A DNA stretch of 64,000 bases from Tubulanus polymorphus (taxonomy: Eukaryota; Animalia; Nemertea): contig NC_134030.1 in NCBI RefSeq assembly GCF_964204645.1, positions 3,514,778 through 3,578,777 on the forward strand, in the 5' to 3' direction. How positions within the stretch are numbered: position 1 is the stretch's first letter; every line of letters begins with the position of its first letter. The position numbers were made by a program, and so were the translations under genes. The notes under the pieces were generated by a model. It was not told where the DNA came from, did not search any database, and was given only the letters and a program-made list of their open reading frames with translations. Of this stretch, positions 1 through 13,406 are shown piece by piece.

Positions 1-69
1 GCTTGACAACCAGAGTAGAATAGACTGAATAGAGAGCTAGAGTGTCAATGATCCCCGTTCACGCTAAGT

Positions 70-306
70 CATCTAAAATGTTTCAAATTTAGTCGGTTCA
101 AATTCAGAACAGACCAATCGTTCGCACTAGCGAATAGTCAGTTCTAAATTAGTCCATTCCATTTTCGAACAAACCAAACCTTCACACACGAGAAAAGTCC
201 GTTCAGACTTGGACCGTTGCATTCTAGAAGGCACAAATTTAGACCATACCAAAAAAACTGATCCAGGTCCGTTCTAAATTTCAGAACTGACCATTTCTCT
301 GCGTGG
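70..306. repeat. Degenerate ~60-bp tandem repeat (about 3.5 units) ending in ...TCTCTGCGTG, probably the subterminal array of a non-autonomous DNA transposon
   Basis: Sequence at ~81, ~141 and ~201 aligns at 60-bp spacing (GTTC.AA.TT.G.CC.TT..A.T....GAA). The CAC-type terminus is read on the minus strand at ~305. Confidence 0.5.
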
Positions 307-1998
307 CAATAGAAACTTGGCTTTAATTAACCGTCGTCAATCCCAGTGTAGCGTTGAGCTGGACCAGCGATATCAGCTGATTTAAAAACATCAGTCGACT
401 CACAGCATCGATTCGGTCCATTCTAAAAATCTCCATTCCCGCAACGGGGTAAATTTGAACGGACTGACTGCCTAGGGAGTGAATGCGTTTACTCAGGTTG
501 GTTGTCGGATGCCGGCACGCACCCGGTCTCCGCACCCGGTCTCCACCGCTACCAGTAATAATAGCACCTGTTGAATTGTACTTGGCGGTGAGTGTGTATG
601 TGTGTGTGTGTGGTGAGGTGGCTCATTTTTTATGAAATGTTGATTTCGTGTCTATAGGTGCTTATTGTATAATAATTACATCGGTGAAGCACTATCAACC
701 CACTAAAAAATGCACGGGACGCCTTCACAGGTTGCATCGCAGTTGGCAACAACGCTTTATTCTACAACTATGTTTGTATACGACGATGAATAAAGAGTCA
801 ATAGAAAAGTGTATTCTATAAAAAGAGAGAGAAAGGGAGAGAATGGAAATTTCAATTTCCTACGTAAATCATGATGAAGATAGCATTCACAGTAAGAACA
901 CCAGCTATCGGAATCATTACACGTCGGAGAACATTAAAAAATCAGGGACATCGCGACTTTATCTTAGAATTGTAGAATCATAGCTGATAGCGGTGGAATT
1001 AATGGTCAAATACACTTAACCTTTAATTGAACGGTTCACGTCAAAAGTCGCTGGCACGGGAGAGAAAGAGACAAGTACAAACACAATATAAACATGTCTC
1101 CGATGACCAGCAGAACATGACGACGGTGTCTGCTAAACAGAGCATTATCATAACGCTTACACCTGAATCATGAAAAATCTCTTCCTGGTTCGATCATTGT
1201 TTGAAACGCCACCAGACCTAGGATAAGAGGCAGGCTTTCTACCAACCATCCGCGTTATCATTACCCTAACCCTGTAAATCCAACACTTAGAATAAAAACA
1301 GTCCGAAATGTTTCCTCGAGCTAGTAAGTTTATTTAACATTTTGACTTCATCTTAATAGCCATCTTTAGGACAACCCCAACCGTCTATAAAATCACTATG
1401 CATATACAGGGACAAAATGATAGTTTTATTTCACATATTTTGCTAAAAACATTCATAATCAATGTTCTGACAAACCTACGAACAGAAATTATGGATTCTA
1501 GAATTTCTGCTGGAAAACCCATCACCGAGTTACACAGAATATACTTTACACGTGGATCATCAGTCTATTCAAATCCAGACCTGAAAACATCGATACGGTA
1601 ATTATAGACAATTATGATTCATTATCATATGACCTGACACCGTAGTAGAGGAGCACATGACATAAAACGACACGAGTTTTATCGAAATAGATTTTCGCCG
1701 CGAGTACGAACGAACGTCGGGGTCGTTTTTATACCTAGAACGACGCAAATATTTCGGCCGACTGAATAAAATCGTGAAACAATCTCGAGACGGTTCTATT
1801 CACTCGTTCGACAATAAAACAAACGACAACCAACGCAGGAGTGGTTCTCGAAAACTACGCAGCTCGAAAACTACTTCTTAACAACATATTTTACATGTTC
1901 AGGCAGTGAGTCTAAACAATACAAATACCATTTTAAATAGACCTAGCTCGTCTCCTTACAGGGACACGCTCAAAATCTGAATGCATGTGGTATATATT

Positions 1999-2220
1999 CA
2001 GGGTTCTTACGGACCAGCAAATCTAAAATTCCGTAATTTCCCCCGGCCCTTGACCATAACGTCCCTGATTAAACTATAAGATATATCTTCAGTGGGGGCT
2101 GTGTCTCATCAAGAGGTTCCTTGTGCCACTCGTCACCAGCCAAGAACGACAATTCAAAGTCAAAATTCCCTGATTTTTCCTGCAGGGAATACCCTGAAGT
2201 TCCCTGATCTGTGAGATCAC
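1999..2220. mobile_element. MITE-like element (CAGGGTTCTTAC... family with internal TTCCCTGA repeats)
   Basis: Starts CAGGGTTCTTACGGA and ends GATCTGTGAGATCAC. A related interior occurs at ~31120-31340 (GTCCCTGATTAA..GATAT..TCAGTGGGGG) and related termini at ~23625-23942. Confidence 0.5.
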
Positions 2221-3512
2221 TAGATTTTCAATTCGCATTATGAAATATTTTCTCTGAAAATTGTAGCACACAAATACGATGAAAAAAATCTTGAGATGGT
2301 TCAAAATTCAACAGGAGTTTAAGGAACTGATTACACAACGATCTACCATATTCAACTAAACCCAAAAGTTATAATCGAAAAACTCTGAATAAAACATTTT
2401 GAATTCAACTTCATTGAATCTAATGCTGCGGTATGTTCTATCCTATTTCTATTCTTATACAAAACCCCTTTTGACCCATGATCTTAGAACAAACAATCAC
2501 ATATTACATTATGTATATATACATATATTTACATAGGGCTGATATGAAAATCGAGATTCAGTTTAACTGGTATATCATTCAAAAACATAAGTAGGTACGT
2601 CATTGGTCTGATAACCTGGATGGCAAATATGTCATCGACAAATAATCATAAAACGACGGTAAATTTCGGCGAGGAGGACGTTGGGTTTTCTGTAAATGAG
2701 CAAAGAACGATATCAATTTACACCGAGCCCGTAAAGATGTCTGCCATTTATTGTCAAACATTGAAATATTATCTAATGATTCGTCGTTAATCTTGTTTGT
2801 TCCTTCAACAGAATTCGGCATGAAATTCAAACTAACTGTGTGTTCTCGGTAAGGGAGGTTCTCCTGACAAAATAGGGTTTCTATGCCTAGAGTTAGCATT
2901 GAAACTGAAGTGAAGGTCTATTGCACAGCCATATAGCCATATACGGAACTGACTCTAGAAAGACATATGAGCAAGATCTTAGACGAAAGTCGATTTGTCC
3001 CAACCAAAAACACCAGACTAGGCCCATAGCACCAATAGCTTGATTCCATGTGAATGCTTAGTGATTCACCTCACCTGCCACAGCATCTTTTTTCGTAGCA
3101 TTTATTCACAAGGAAGTGAGTGATTCACATAAACCATGGGCCAAATATGAATCTGGCCCGGTCTAGGCCAGTTTTACCCTGTGATCGCGGCTTAGGATTA
3201 GCATCGAAACTGGCGTCAAGTTTCGTAGCACAGTCATATCTAGGAATACACGAGTGAGATTCATAAGATTATAAGTGTTGATGATGTAGCCTGATACAGC
3301 TAGTCCCGGCACTCACTAACCGCGCTATACTGATTATGAGGTCTCTTTATCTAATCGATATATCACCGATTGGGACGTTTCGCATGTTCGAATAATATCT
3401 AAAACCCCATTGAGAATACCGGTCACCCCAGTAACAAGCGGCGCTTGCCTCCGTAACCCGACGGATGAGCGACAATTACGCACGAAGGAATTAATGAATT
3501 TATACATGATAC

Positions 3513-3545
3513 CAGCAGCAGCAGCAGCAGCGGCAGCAGCAGCAG
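3513..3545. repeat. (CAG)n microsatellite
   Basis: Directly visible; it produces the poly-Ala runs in the ORF track. Confidence 0.9.
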
Positions 3546-4340
3546 TACACATTCAATACAGAGCAGCAGCACGAAAACAATTCATAATGCGACACATGAC
3601 AAAATCAACATTTCATCAACTGCATCAATCACATGAATCCATATAGATAGATTGAAAACTATCTTTAGATAATCACGACATAGCTGCATTCAATACAGCC
3701 TACCATAATCCGGGGCATTCACTCGCGATAATATTCAAAAATATATTTACTAATATAATTTACTAGTAATCACCATCGGTGAAACGCTTTGAGCGTGTGT
3801 TGTAATGATAATATATATAAATTGCACACCAAGAACGGAAAATATAGCGCGAAAAGTTACCTCGAGTATGAATGAATAAACTATAGCTATTAACATATCA
3901 ACTGTACAATCGTGATAGTCTGGAATCTGGAAAGGAATATCAAAGACACACATTTCGGACTCGATAACTTTTCCTACTTAATGGGATTTTATTTCACTAA
4001 TAATGTCAATGATTTATATTCTCATTACAAATAAGTTTTTCGATAGTTACTCATAAAAAAAAATATGTATATAAACCACAGACCACAAATTGAATTGTGG
4101 TTTTGCCACAGTGAATATTCACAGCGATTTCGAAAGGAGCTTATTTTAACCTATAATCTCTAATAACACTCTATACCTGACAACAACGAATAGTTATTGA
4201 GGTTAAGATGGTTTTTTTTCTGCGTCAGAATTCAGTAGATAAACCAGGTAGGCCTATTCATAAACTAGGTAGGCCTACTCGACGAGCAACGTTGACATTT
4301 CAGAATTATGAGTAACCCCTCTTTATTTACTCCTGTTACT

Positions 4341-4342
<2 letters not shown>

Positions 4343-4380
<38 letters not shown>
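4343..4380. repeat. (TA)n microsatellite
   Basis: Directly visible. Confidence 0.95.
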
Positions 4381-4384
<4 letters not shown>

Positions 4385-5918
4385 TTCCATGGATTTCCCA
4401 CAAAGGATCTTCAGATGAAAAAAATCATGATCAAACACTTTGTTGGCTATTTTCCTGTTTTTCGGAATCTATGCGACATTTTTAACCTTTGCTCCCGAGG
4501 AGTGCATTAGAACTGTTTTAAAAATAGATACCTGTGCTATATGAATTACATTCATTATCATTACTTAGGTCTTACTATCTATTAATGATAATATTTTATA
4601 AATATATCATTCATTATCATTTTTGAACCCAGTTTATTATCATTAAATATCATTTGCAAAATCCCACAATTGTTGAAAGACTAAGTTTATTCGAATCACT
4701 AGAAATGTTTCGGGTGGTTCTGACTCGTCGGTTTCAGACTGAAGATGGGTGGTAGGAACCACTGATTGATTTAATACCATCACCGATATCGTTATCATTT
4801 TTGGACTTCGACAATTTTAGGGACACTACAGCATAACTGATGAAAAAAAGAGATTAAGCTTGTGTGGCACACGGCGTAAGTGACTCCATTTCGTTTATGG
4901 TTCGTAGAGATTGATATCGGTATAGACTGGAATGCTAATAATGTTGTCAAGGAGAACATTGTCAAACAAAACTCAGCCAGCGCTACACGTTACACGTCGC
5001 ATTCAGTACATAGACTTCAACTCATTCAACTGATAATAACATTACATTTTGAATATTGTTACATTCGATGACCTCTCAGGGTCCGATCTAAGAACTTGTC
5101 CGATTGCCCAGGACAAGTATATTCTCATCAGGGCAAGTAGGTTATCATTATCACTTGTCTCCCCCCCCCCCCGGGCTAGTGAAATTTAATGTCAGAAAAT
5201 GTTTTTTCCACTCGATGCAACGGATGATAGTGCCACCAATCGGACTGCCTGTGTAGGGGAAGTAGCTTTTGGAGGGGGCAAGCGAAATTTCAAATATGCT
5301 TGCCCCTCGGGCAAGTGACTTTCATTCCTTAAATGTACTGTCATCATTTACAAGAACCAGTTAATTTCGAAATTAATCAACTGTAATATTCTCGGGAAGG
5401 GTAACAGTGCCGGGTTGAAACCAATGTTCTGAAATGGTCGATTAAGGGGCAAACCAATCCAAACCGATTCAACATTTTAATGCGCCCTCAAAAACGTTAA
5501 GAACGAATGGACAATAAATCCAAATAGACCCTGAAAAAGCCAGATAAACCCTTTTCACTCGGTTTATTTTCTTAAATCTAGTGGGGGATGGTTGCCAGAG
5601 CTTCATCAACGCTTACACCTTTGGCATTCACATGGGCAAATGCACCCTTTTCAAATGAAATGTCCTTTCAAATTTTCAGGTCTAACCCCATTCAATCAAT
5701 CCTAAACGTGTCCTCATTCGCCAATGCGCTGATCAGCTATAAACTGAATCGCCAGCATTGATGATTCCGAAGAAAAAAGATTTCTATACAAGAATTTTCC
5801 ATTCATAATAATCATTCAGCGAATACATGTGACTGATAGTCATAGTCTTGACACAGTAAAATACTTGTACATACACGTTATCTATTCAGTGAAAGGTCGT
5901 TTTTCATTCTATTATATG

Positions 5919-5922
<4 letters not shown>

Positions 5923-5950
<28 letters not shown>
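5923..5950. repeat. (TA)n microsatellite
   Basis: Directly visible. Confidence 0.9.
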
Positions 5951-8900
5951 CGCATGATATCAAAGACAAGAAAAAACCGCTTGGGAAACAAGTAGACATT
6001 TTCTGAATGAGAAACTGATGCAGATACTATGATCTGCGTGTGAGGTGTGAATGAGTGTCACGTTCCTCGCATTCGAGGCTTTCTCTAGATCTTCTCCGGA
6101 ACAATTATCGAAATGATCGGATTAATTTGTCATCGTCAATTTCCATACACGGAATCGTTCCGGCAAAATCTGGCTCCTCACGCGCCATTGACCGGATTGG
6201 GTCGATACCCGCACGCGCGCACAGTCCAAAAAAGTAAAAATAACGACAGTCGATGGTTGAAGAATTAACCAAGACTTAAACCTAGAGAACAAGAGAATAT
6301 ACCGACTAGCCTTGGCTGTGTGTCTTATATTAGATGAAGGACCATTTTGAAGTTTTTCTAGTTTTGCAATGAGTTTTTCTATAAAAAAATCACAACAATT
6401 CCTCTGTAGTTGTGAAAAGACGGATGATTCTGCTCTCAGTCAGTCTTAAAGCGTTCATACTTATTTCAAATACCGACGCGTTCACATTAATCATACAATC
6501 AAATTCCACGAAAAACTCGCGCATAAAAACGGGTTCCAAAAGAATTTCGTCGCGCAGAATACTTTTCGAATATCCATTTCGGAATATGCGGCCGTGACGT
6601 TTTCGATTCACGGTGGTTGGATAGAGATAATAGAACCGCGAATTCAACCCGTAAAATTATTGCGGTTACAATGCATTCATTCTATAAAGAAGCACTCATA
6701 AAAGGGTCCATGTTTGAAAGGTTGTTAACCGGTAATTAATGGGTGAAATATGAAGACATACCGGGGTTAGATCACGTCAAAATGGTGCAAAAATGCTGGA
6801 CTGCAGTTGAGTTAGTCTGAAGCTAGTACGAGATCTAAAACTCTGTATGATAAGTGTAGATATAATGGAAAAGCATTAAGTCACAGCGTGAATCTATGAT
6901 CGGTCGGGAATCTCTGATTCTTACGAACAGATGCCGACTGAAAATATTTACCGATTCTACAAACGGTAAAATGAACCTAAACCAATGAAGAATTTCAGAA
7001 TTGCACCGTATCGACCTATAATACACCATCCAACTGACAGACACGGCCATGGATCATGTACTGGACATGACTGACTCTAACTGGGCGAGCCACTTTCAAC
7101 CATTCACAAATTCCCTGAAGTTTCCCGAATTTTCAACGCGATTACGCAAAATACCCCTAGTGAATTCGCAGCAGGTGAATGGAGAAATTTCATTGTTTAG
7201 AATTCATTTATCAGAATCATGCATCGATAAAGAATTACATTGACATTAGCATATCCGATTTCCTGAGTTCTCCAAGTCAGCGGCCCCCTGTTCGATACTT
7301 CAAAAAATTCCCACCCCTCAAACTTTTTGACAACAAATTCATAATTTTATTATGTTTATTACGTCAGCATTATTGGGAGAGGAAGGTCGGAGTGCGCGAG
7401 ACGAGAGGTATTCACAGAAATAATCACTTCAAAATACAGAAAGAAATTTTCCAATACCAGCTGTAATCAGAACCCGACAAAAATGCAGTAGCCATTAGAG
7501 ATATGTATATAAATAGATCATTGCCTTGTTTGTTGTATAAATACGTTATTCCAGTAGAAAAACTGGAAAGACGAAATTTTTTGCCAAGGGTTATAGGCCT
7601 ACTCTTAAATACACATTAATAGATTAATACACTGTCGAGTAGAAAATACCATCAGCATTTCCGAAACAAAAGACAAATCTATGTCACCTACACAGAATAT
7701 GTGTACACAGACATAAAAACATTGTGCAGCATCTAATAATTCATAATTACTAACGATTAGTTAATTAGATCACGTACAAATCACGGCATAGAACCATCAT
7801 CTGATGCCTACCCCGTTCTTTTTTTCTCTAACAATGAAAAAAGAATGATAATGCTCCGTATTTGTGTCATTACATCGGATCGGATGAGTCGATAGTCAGC
7901 ACTTATTCCTGAATCCAAAGACGAACTTCCGGCGTTTATTCAAAAAAAAATCAGCGATTAAACCCTAAGAGAATATATAGAAAATACATCTGCAATCAAA
8001 TCAAATTTTTCAAAATCATAGAAGGCAAGTGACAGGGTCTCACTAATCTGTCCACATAGACCGCGATAAATTTGTCAGTAGAAATTTCCTATGACGACGT
8101 TGAGTCTGAAAAGTAAGTACTTTTCAGTACTTTCAGGATCTTACCTGAAAGTTAGCACTAATCAGGGTCTATCTCAATCTTTTCCAAAAGAAAGCACGTG
8201 CAGCATGACCACACAGGCTTCGCCACAACCACCACCACCACCGGGCTTCATAATACACCGGGCGCTGGGGGAACAATTACTGAACTGTTGAGTGGAAACA
8301 AATTCACAGTTTGCAGTAAGTAGAACCAAGGCTTGTGAAGAATTACAACAAAAAAAATTCATTCTTTTCACGTCCAGATTGATAGGAAAACCTTACTCAT
8401 TACGTACACAAATATATAATGTATGTATGTATGTATGATCGAGTATAGTCGAGTATAACTCATCTTACATTCACAGGCAGCTGCTAAAAATACTGCTAAC
8501 AGTTTCTTCATCTTCGTCCGTCTATTTTCTGGTATAACAAAGATATATACACGCATACACACACACCCTTCTCTCAGACTGAGAACATAAACCTCAACAT
8601 AGCTGACTTTTCATTGTACAATAAAACAGGGGCAGATCCCCGATCGGGGCATTTTGAGATTATAAGACATGCCGTTTTGTGGTGGGTCTTTTTGAAAACT
8701 CGGAGCTGTGAAAGTATTTGGCCGTTGATGGGGTGGGAGTCATGAGCCCCCATGTAAGCGTCGACAAACATTATCTTCTCCGTCACATTGTTTCATTTTG
8801 ATTTTCTTCTAAAAAGTTTTTCCAAACGATTTGATGCTACTACATTTTCAAATGGTCTGAAGCGGCGATATTTCGTCAAACGACTGCGACAGACTGTTTA

Positions 8901-11546
8901 ATTATATCAGTGTATCTGACCTTGAGTGCAATTATGCACGAGTCCAGCTCAGTATTGATCAACAGAAGATCAATAGTCATTATTCATGTGAAGTTCACGC
9001 CTTCGCGATGATCGCAAACATTTTTGATGAAAGCAGTAACGGATCGAAAGAGGGCAAACCCATTGATGACCAGAGTACTTATTTTGAAAATGGTAGGTCT
9101 GCAGCCAGACTAATCTCAGCAGTACGGTAGATGGTTATAATACATTCAATGGTGCGAATGACATGAAAATCAGTGCAAGTAATTTGCCATCGCACATCAA
9201 CAGATACTAGGCACTAGACTAGGCACTAGCCTATCTATCTAGTCTATCAAATTGAGGGAAATCAGGACAACAGTGAGATAAAATGAAATAATTACAATGA
9301 TTATCAGTCAGTTATACAATAATCATCATTCTCATCATTCTCGTCATCATCAGCGGCACATCCTCATCAAAAACTGTGAGATGAAAAACTAGTGTTTACT
9401 AAAGTGAACATTGTCGTTGAAATCTCAAAACGCTGAGCGGAGTACAGACTTAAATCTCATTGGAAAGGGCTGATGCCAGGCTGCAAATTGAAATGGCTTC
9501 CTGCATCAATGTTCCTGGTTATTTCTAGGCCTAGTCTGCTGAATCTTAACTGTACTCTCAGTAGACACGGAACTATGGAACCACCCCCCCCTCCCCCTAA
9601 TGAGTAATAAATAGGGTGTGGAGCAGAAAACCGATATAGCATTCTGGCCTGGCATATGATATGTATGGTAATAAATTGGTCTATTGATTAGCGTTACTAG
9701 TATTCTTAGTGGTTCAACTGACAAATGTTGCGATCAGAGTTCGAATAAGTCAAATCATTAATGAATGCAGGGTTAGATCTACTGGGCAGTTGAAAATCTT
9801 TGTAACATTAGGGCCCATTTTTGCTATCAATGACGATTTAAATTGATATAGTTCTAGAGATAGCCTAGATGAGACACTATCTGAAATATCTTAATACTTA
9901 TAGTAGTTTTCAGAGTAATTTGAAATTGAAACTACTCACAAATATTAGCAAAAATATGTATTTTGATATTAGTCATAGTGAGGTCTGAATATATCTGCAG
10001 TATACAGAAAATATATTATTTTTTGGAAGGATCTGTGAATGTCTAAAACTCTGGTTCCAAATCCTATCTCTTGAGAAGTAGTTAGAAGAACTTATCGATG
10101 TTAAGTGGTTAGCAACTAGGACCTACTGATTACTATTCTGTGAATAGGCTAGAATGAAATTTCAATCATTTTTCAGGTCGCAGGTAATAAATGTTAGGTC
10201 TAGCATTAGACAGCAGATGGCAGCACGTTACTAGTCGTATATCCTCACCATTACTCTGATTCATACTCAACAGACCTCACAGTCGATTCATTACACAATC
10301 ATGTGTGTAATAATTGTTTTCAGTATAAACTAGCTATCAATAAAATACTACATATCATTACTCAAGATTCAAAAAGCCCGAGACCTTTGTCAAAAAATGT
10401 ATATATATATGTAAGTTACACTTCTTTTCTTTCCCAAAAGCATGCTCTAAATTCCAGTCGCTCTATTAGACTATGCCTAGGCCTACAGTAATTAGGCTAG
10501 ACTCTAAACATACCTTAATACTTATCCTAATGAAAAAGTATAAAAAAATAAAGAGGACCTATCTATTTATTTTGGTAGTATATATGCATATAGGTATGCA
10601 AGAAGAGATTTTGTAAGGGGCAGCATTAGTCTGGCTTTTAGTAGACCTTGTTCCCAAACAATGTCTATATGTATGTATATATATATGCCAAATGTCACAG
10701 AGCCGACGGCGTCACCTGTATGATGAGCTGACGTTGACCGCGTAACACCGAACGTCAGACTCAGGCTCTACAAGTCGCCAACACTCCTCGGGTGACAGGT
10801 CACGTATCTCCTCCAAGCGGTCCTGGGTTCTTCGCTCCAGCTACCTACCACAGTGTCTGCACCAATGGGCCGGGACAAGCTGCGGGAAGCTTTATTAAAC
10901 GACGAGGGGTGTCCTCAATTGACGAGTAACAGCACCCAAATTAAACAATGAATACCGAATAAAGTATATGATGATATCGCTTTATTTTACGAAAAGCTAC
11001 CTTTCCATTCCGGTTTCTTTCCAAAACGGAAGCGTGTTCACAAAAATTACAAAAGAAGAGGGCGCCACAATACAGTATTAACATCCAGCGGAGCCACCCA
11101 ATCACATTAGAATTAGGCTGAAAGTGCACATATAAGGTTGATTTTTATCCCTCATTTTGGGGGGACGAAGCTTTGAGCAGGAGACCACGTACATCATCTG
11201 GTATTCAGACTAGGGCAGCATCATCGAGCAATTAAGAACTGGTCGCAGTTGCGCAAAAATTGAAAGAGGCAGACAATGTGTGAGACACAGAGTAGATGGA
11301 AGCAAGGGCTGGACATAAACTTCAAAAAGGTTCTAAAACTCACACAATGGGTTAAAGTCTTTTAGTTTCGATTTTGCAACTTCTTCTTGGCAAGTGATGA
11401 TAAAGACTCAAGACTACTACACAAGAGATACGGCGGTACCGACCTGGGCTGGGGGACGGTACCGACTTATCATCAAGTCATTTTATTTGATGATTTACTT
11501 TACTAATTAACATCAGCAGTCTACAAAACTGTCTGTAAAACCTCAC

Positions 11547-11619
11547 CTCTTTCAAACTTCTTGCCATCTGGATCTATGTCTTTGACATCAAAGATATCTT
11601 CGAAAAGGACACCAGCCAT
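11547..11619 (-). CDS. POLR2H: RNA polymerases I/II/III common subunit RPABC3 (RPB8), first coding exon only
   Basis: Not in the ORF track. Minus strand reads ATG GCT GGT GTC CTT TTC GAA GAT... = [24 protein letters not shown]+G, then donor G|GTGAGG. This is near-identical to the RPB8 N-terminus (human [24 protein letters not shown]), a 73-nt phase-1 exon. Confidence 0.93.
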
Positions 11620-12058
11620 TTCTTAATTTGTATATTCTGCAAAAAGTTGAAATTTTTGAGTTCAGTCACTTCCGCGTTTCCTCACTGGAGCCCGAACATG
11701 TAACAGGTTCGCAGAAAATGAAAATATTTCTAATTGCTTCTATACAAAACTTTATCAATAAATATCTTCAAAAGGTATTTAGACTATTTATAAAAATTTA
11801 ATCGGCTGATTTTAGTCACTAATTACTCAAAAATTCATTTTTGAACTTTCAGAATGTGCATGGATAGGTGGCAGCACGTCCTAGTCATAGATTTGTCGGA
11901 ACACAAATATTCTTCACGGAAATGAAAGTCAAAGGTCACGATTATGACGCATGATGATAACCGTGACATCAGCGGTGAAGGGTCACACATTCACGATCCA
12001 ATAAATGAACAAATTCATCAAACTCGTAAAAATTATTTTTTTGAAAACATTTATTGCA

Positions 12059-12285
<227 letters not shown>

Positions 12286-13104
12286 TCCTAATTCATTACC
12301 AACAACTAAAGTACATTTACTAGCACTACGATCCCATGAAACAGATTATATATAAATCACCTTTATATTTCGATACATTCAGAAGAATCGTTTAAAAATA
12401 AATGTAGTAGTAAAAATTTGACATGTAAATTAAAACAATAAGATCATTGTAAAAAGTACCGGTACGCAATCAACCAGAATACTGAATGACAGAACTGTTA
12501 AAATACAGCAAAGTTATTCAAAGGCCATGAATATTATGAAATGACAGTACTCATTTATTCAACATACACAAATTCCCTTGGTATTTACCCAGTCATGTAA
12601 AAAATATTTTTCTACATCAACACTGTAAGACCCATTCCCTCCCTGTCCATATAAATCAAATCAATTGACTTGAGTTCTATGCCCTTATATACCGCCCTTG
12701 AATGCAACCTAAGAATTCTGCAGTTCACACATAGTAGTTCTATTTTGCAAATATTTTACAGGATCAGCACTTTACTGATTTACACAAAATAATGCAATTT
12801 GAATCATCCATTTATTCGGTAAAGCAATATTCATAAATCAGTGGATATCATCAACACAATAAATGCTTTAGGGATATACTTAAATAAGATTGTCTTGCTT
12901 ATGAGAAAGTCAGAAATGTACAAATACAGTAGACCCTGCTAAAGATGGATCTGTAAGGACCATGAAAATTTGAGAGATATCCAAGTTAGGTACTTATCAT
13001 ATAGTCACAGAAATATTTCAGGAAATCTCAAACAGTTCTCTAGAGTTGAGCGGAGTCTAACATGAATCAAACATATCATTGAAGTAAGGCATTTTACATG
13101 AATC

Positions 13105-13331
13105 TAAGGCCAAAAAAAATTGATACCTTGTTTCTCCGCTCTGCTGAGCTTAAATGTTGACCCGGCCGGCCGCCTATCTACCCTATACATTACTTTTTAA
13201 AAAATCGTGATCAATTTCACCATAACAGACCCGGCCGCTATAGAAATGAACTGTTTATAAATTTTATCATATTTTACAAAAATGACCCGGCCGCTGCAGA
13301 GAAACAAGGTATGATTTTTGTTTAGCCTCTA
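13105..13331. mobile_element. MITE with ~30-bp TIRs just downstream of the LIPE stop (probable 3' UTR)
   Basis: TAAGGCCAAAAAAAATTGATACCTTGTTTCTC ... GAGAAACAAGGTATGATTTTTGTTTAGCCTCTA, with three internal GACCCGGCCG repeats. Confidence 0.7.
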
Positions 13332-13406
13332 AATAATCATTGAAGTGAAAACATTTTCAAACATCATTACATAATTGCGAATTAACAACTATATCGAAAG
13401 ACCAGT

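Noticed and set aside
70-306. CRISPR-like periodicity
   Set aside because: Eukaryotic context; whole units are degenerate tandem repeats without unique spacers.
323-535. ORF containing QIYPV, similar to RPB8 exon 2
   Set aside because: The surrounding residues (SRLHCESESFKMDL) are absent or out of order; chance match.
8861-9130. ~90-codon open plus-strand frame with AG/GT-like boundaries
   Set aside because: No recognisable motif and no partner exons found.
10700-10930. GC-rich patch with a partial minus-strand open frame
   Set aside because: Interrupted by stops; probably a decayed repeat, family not identifiable.
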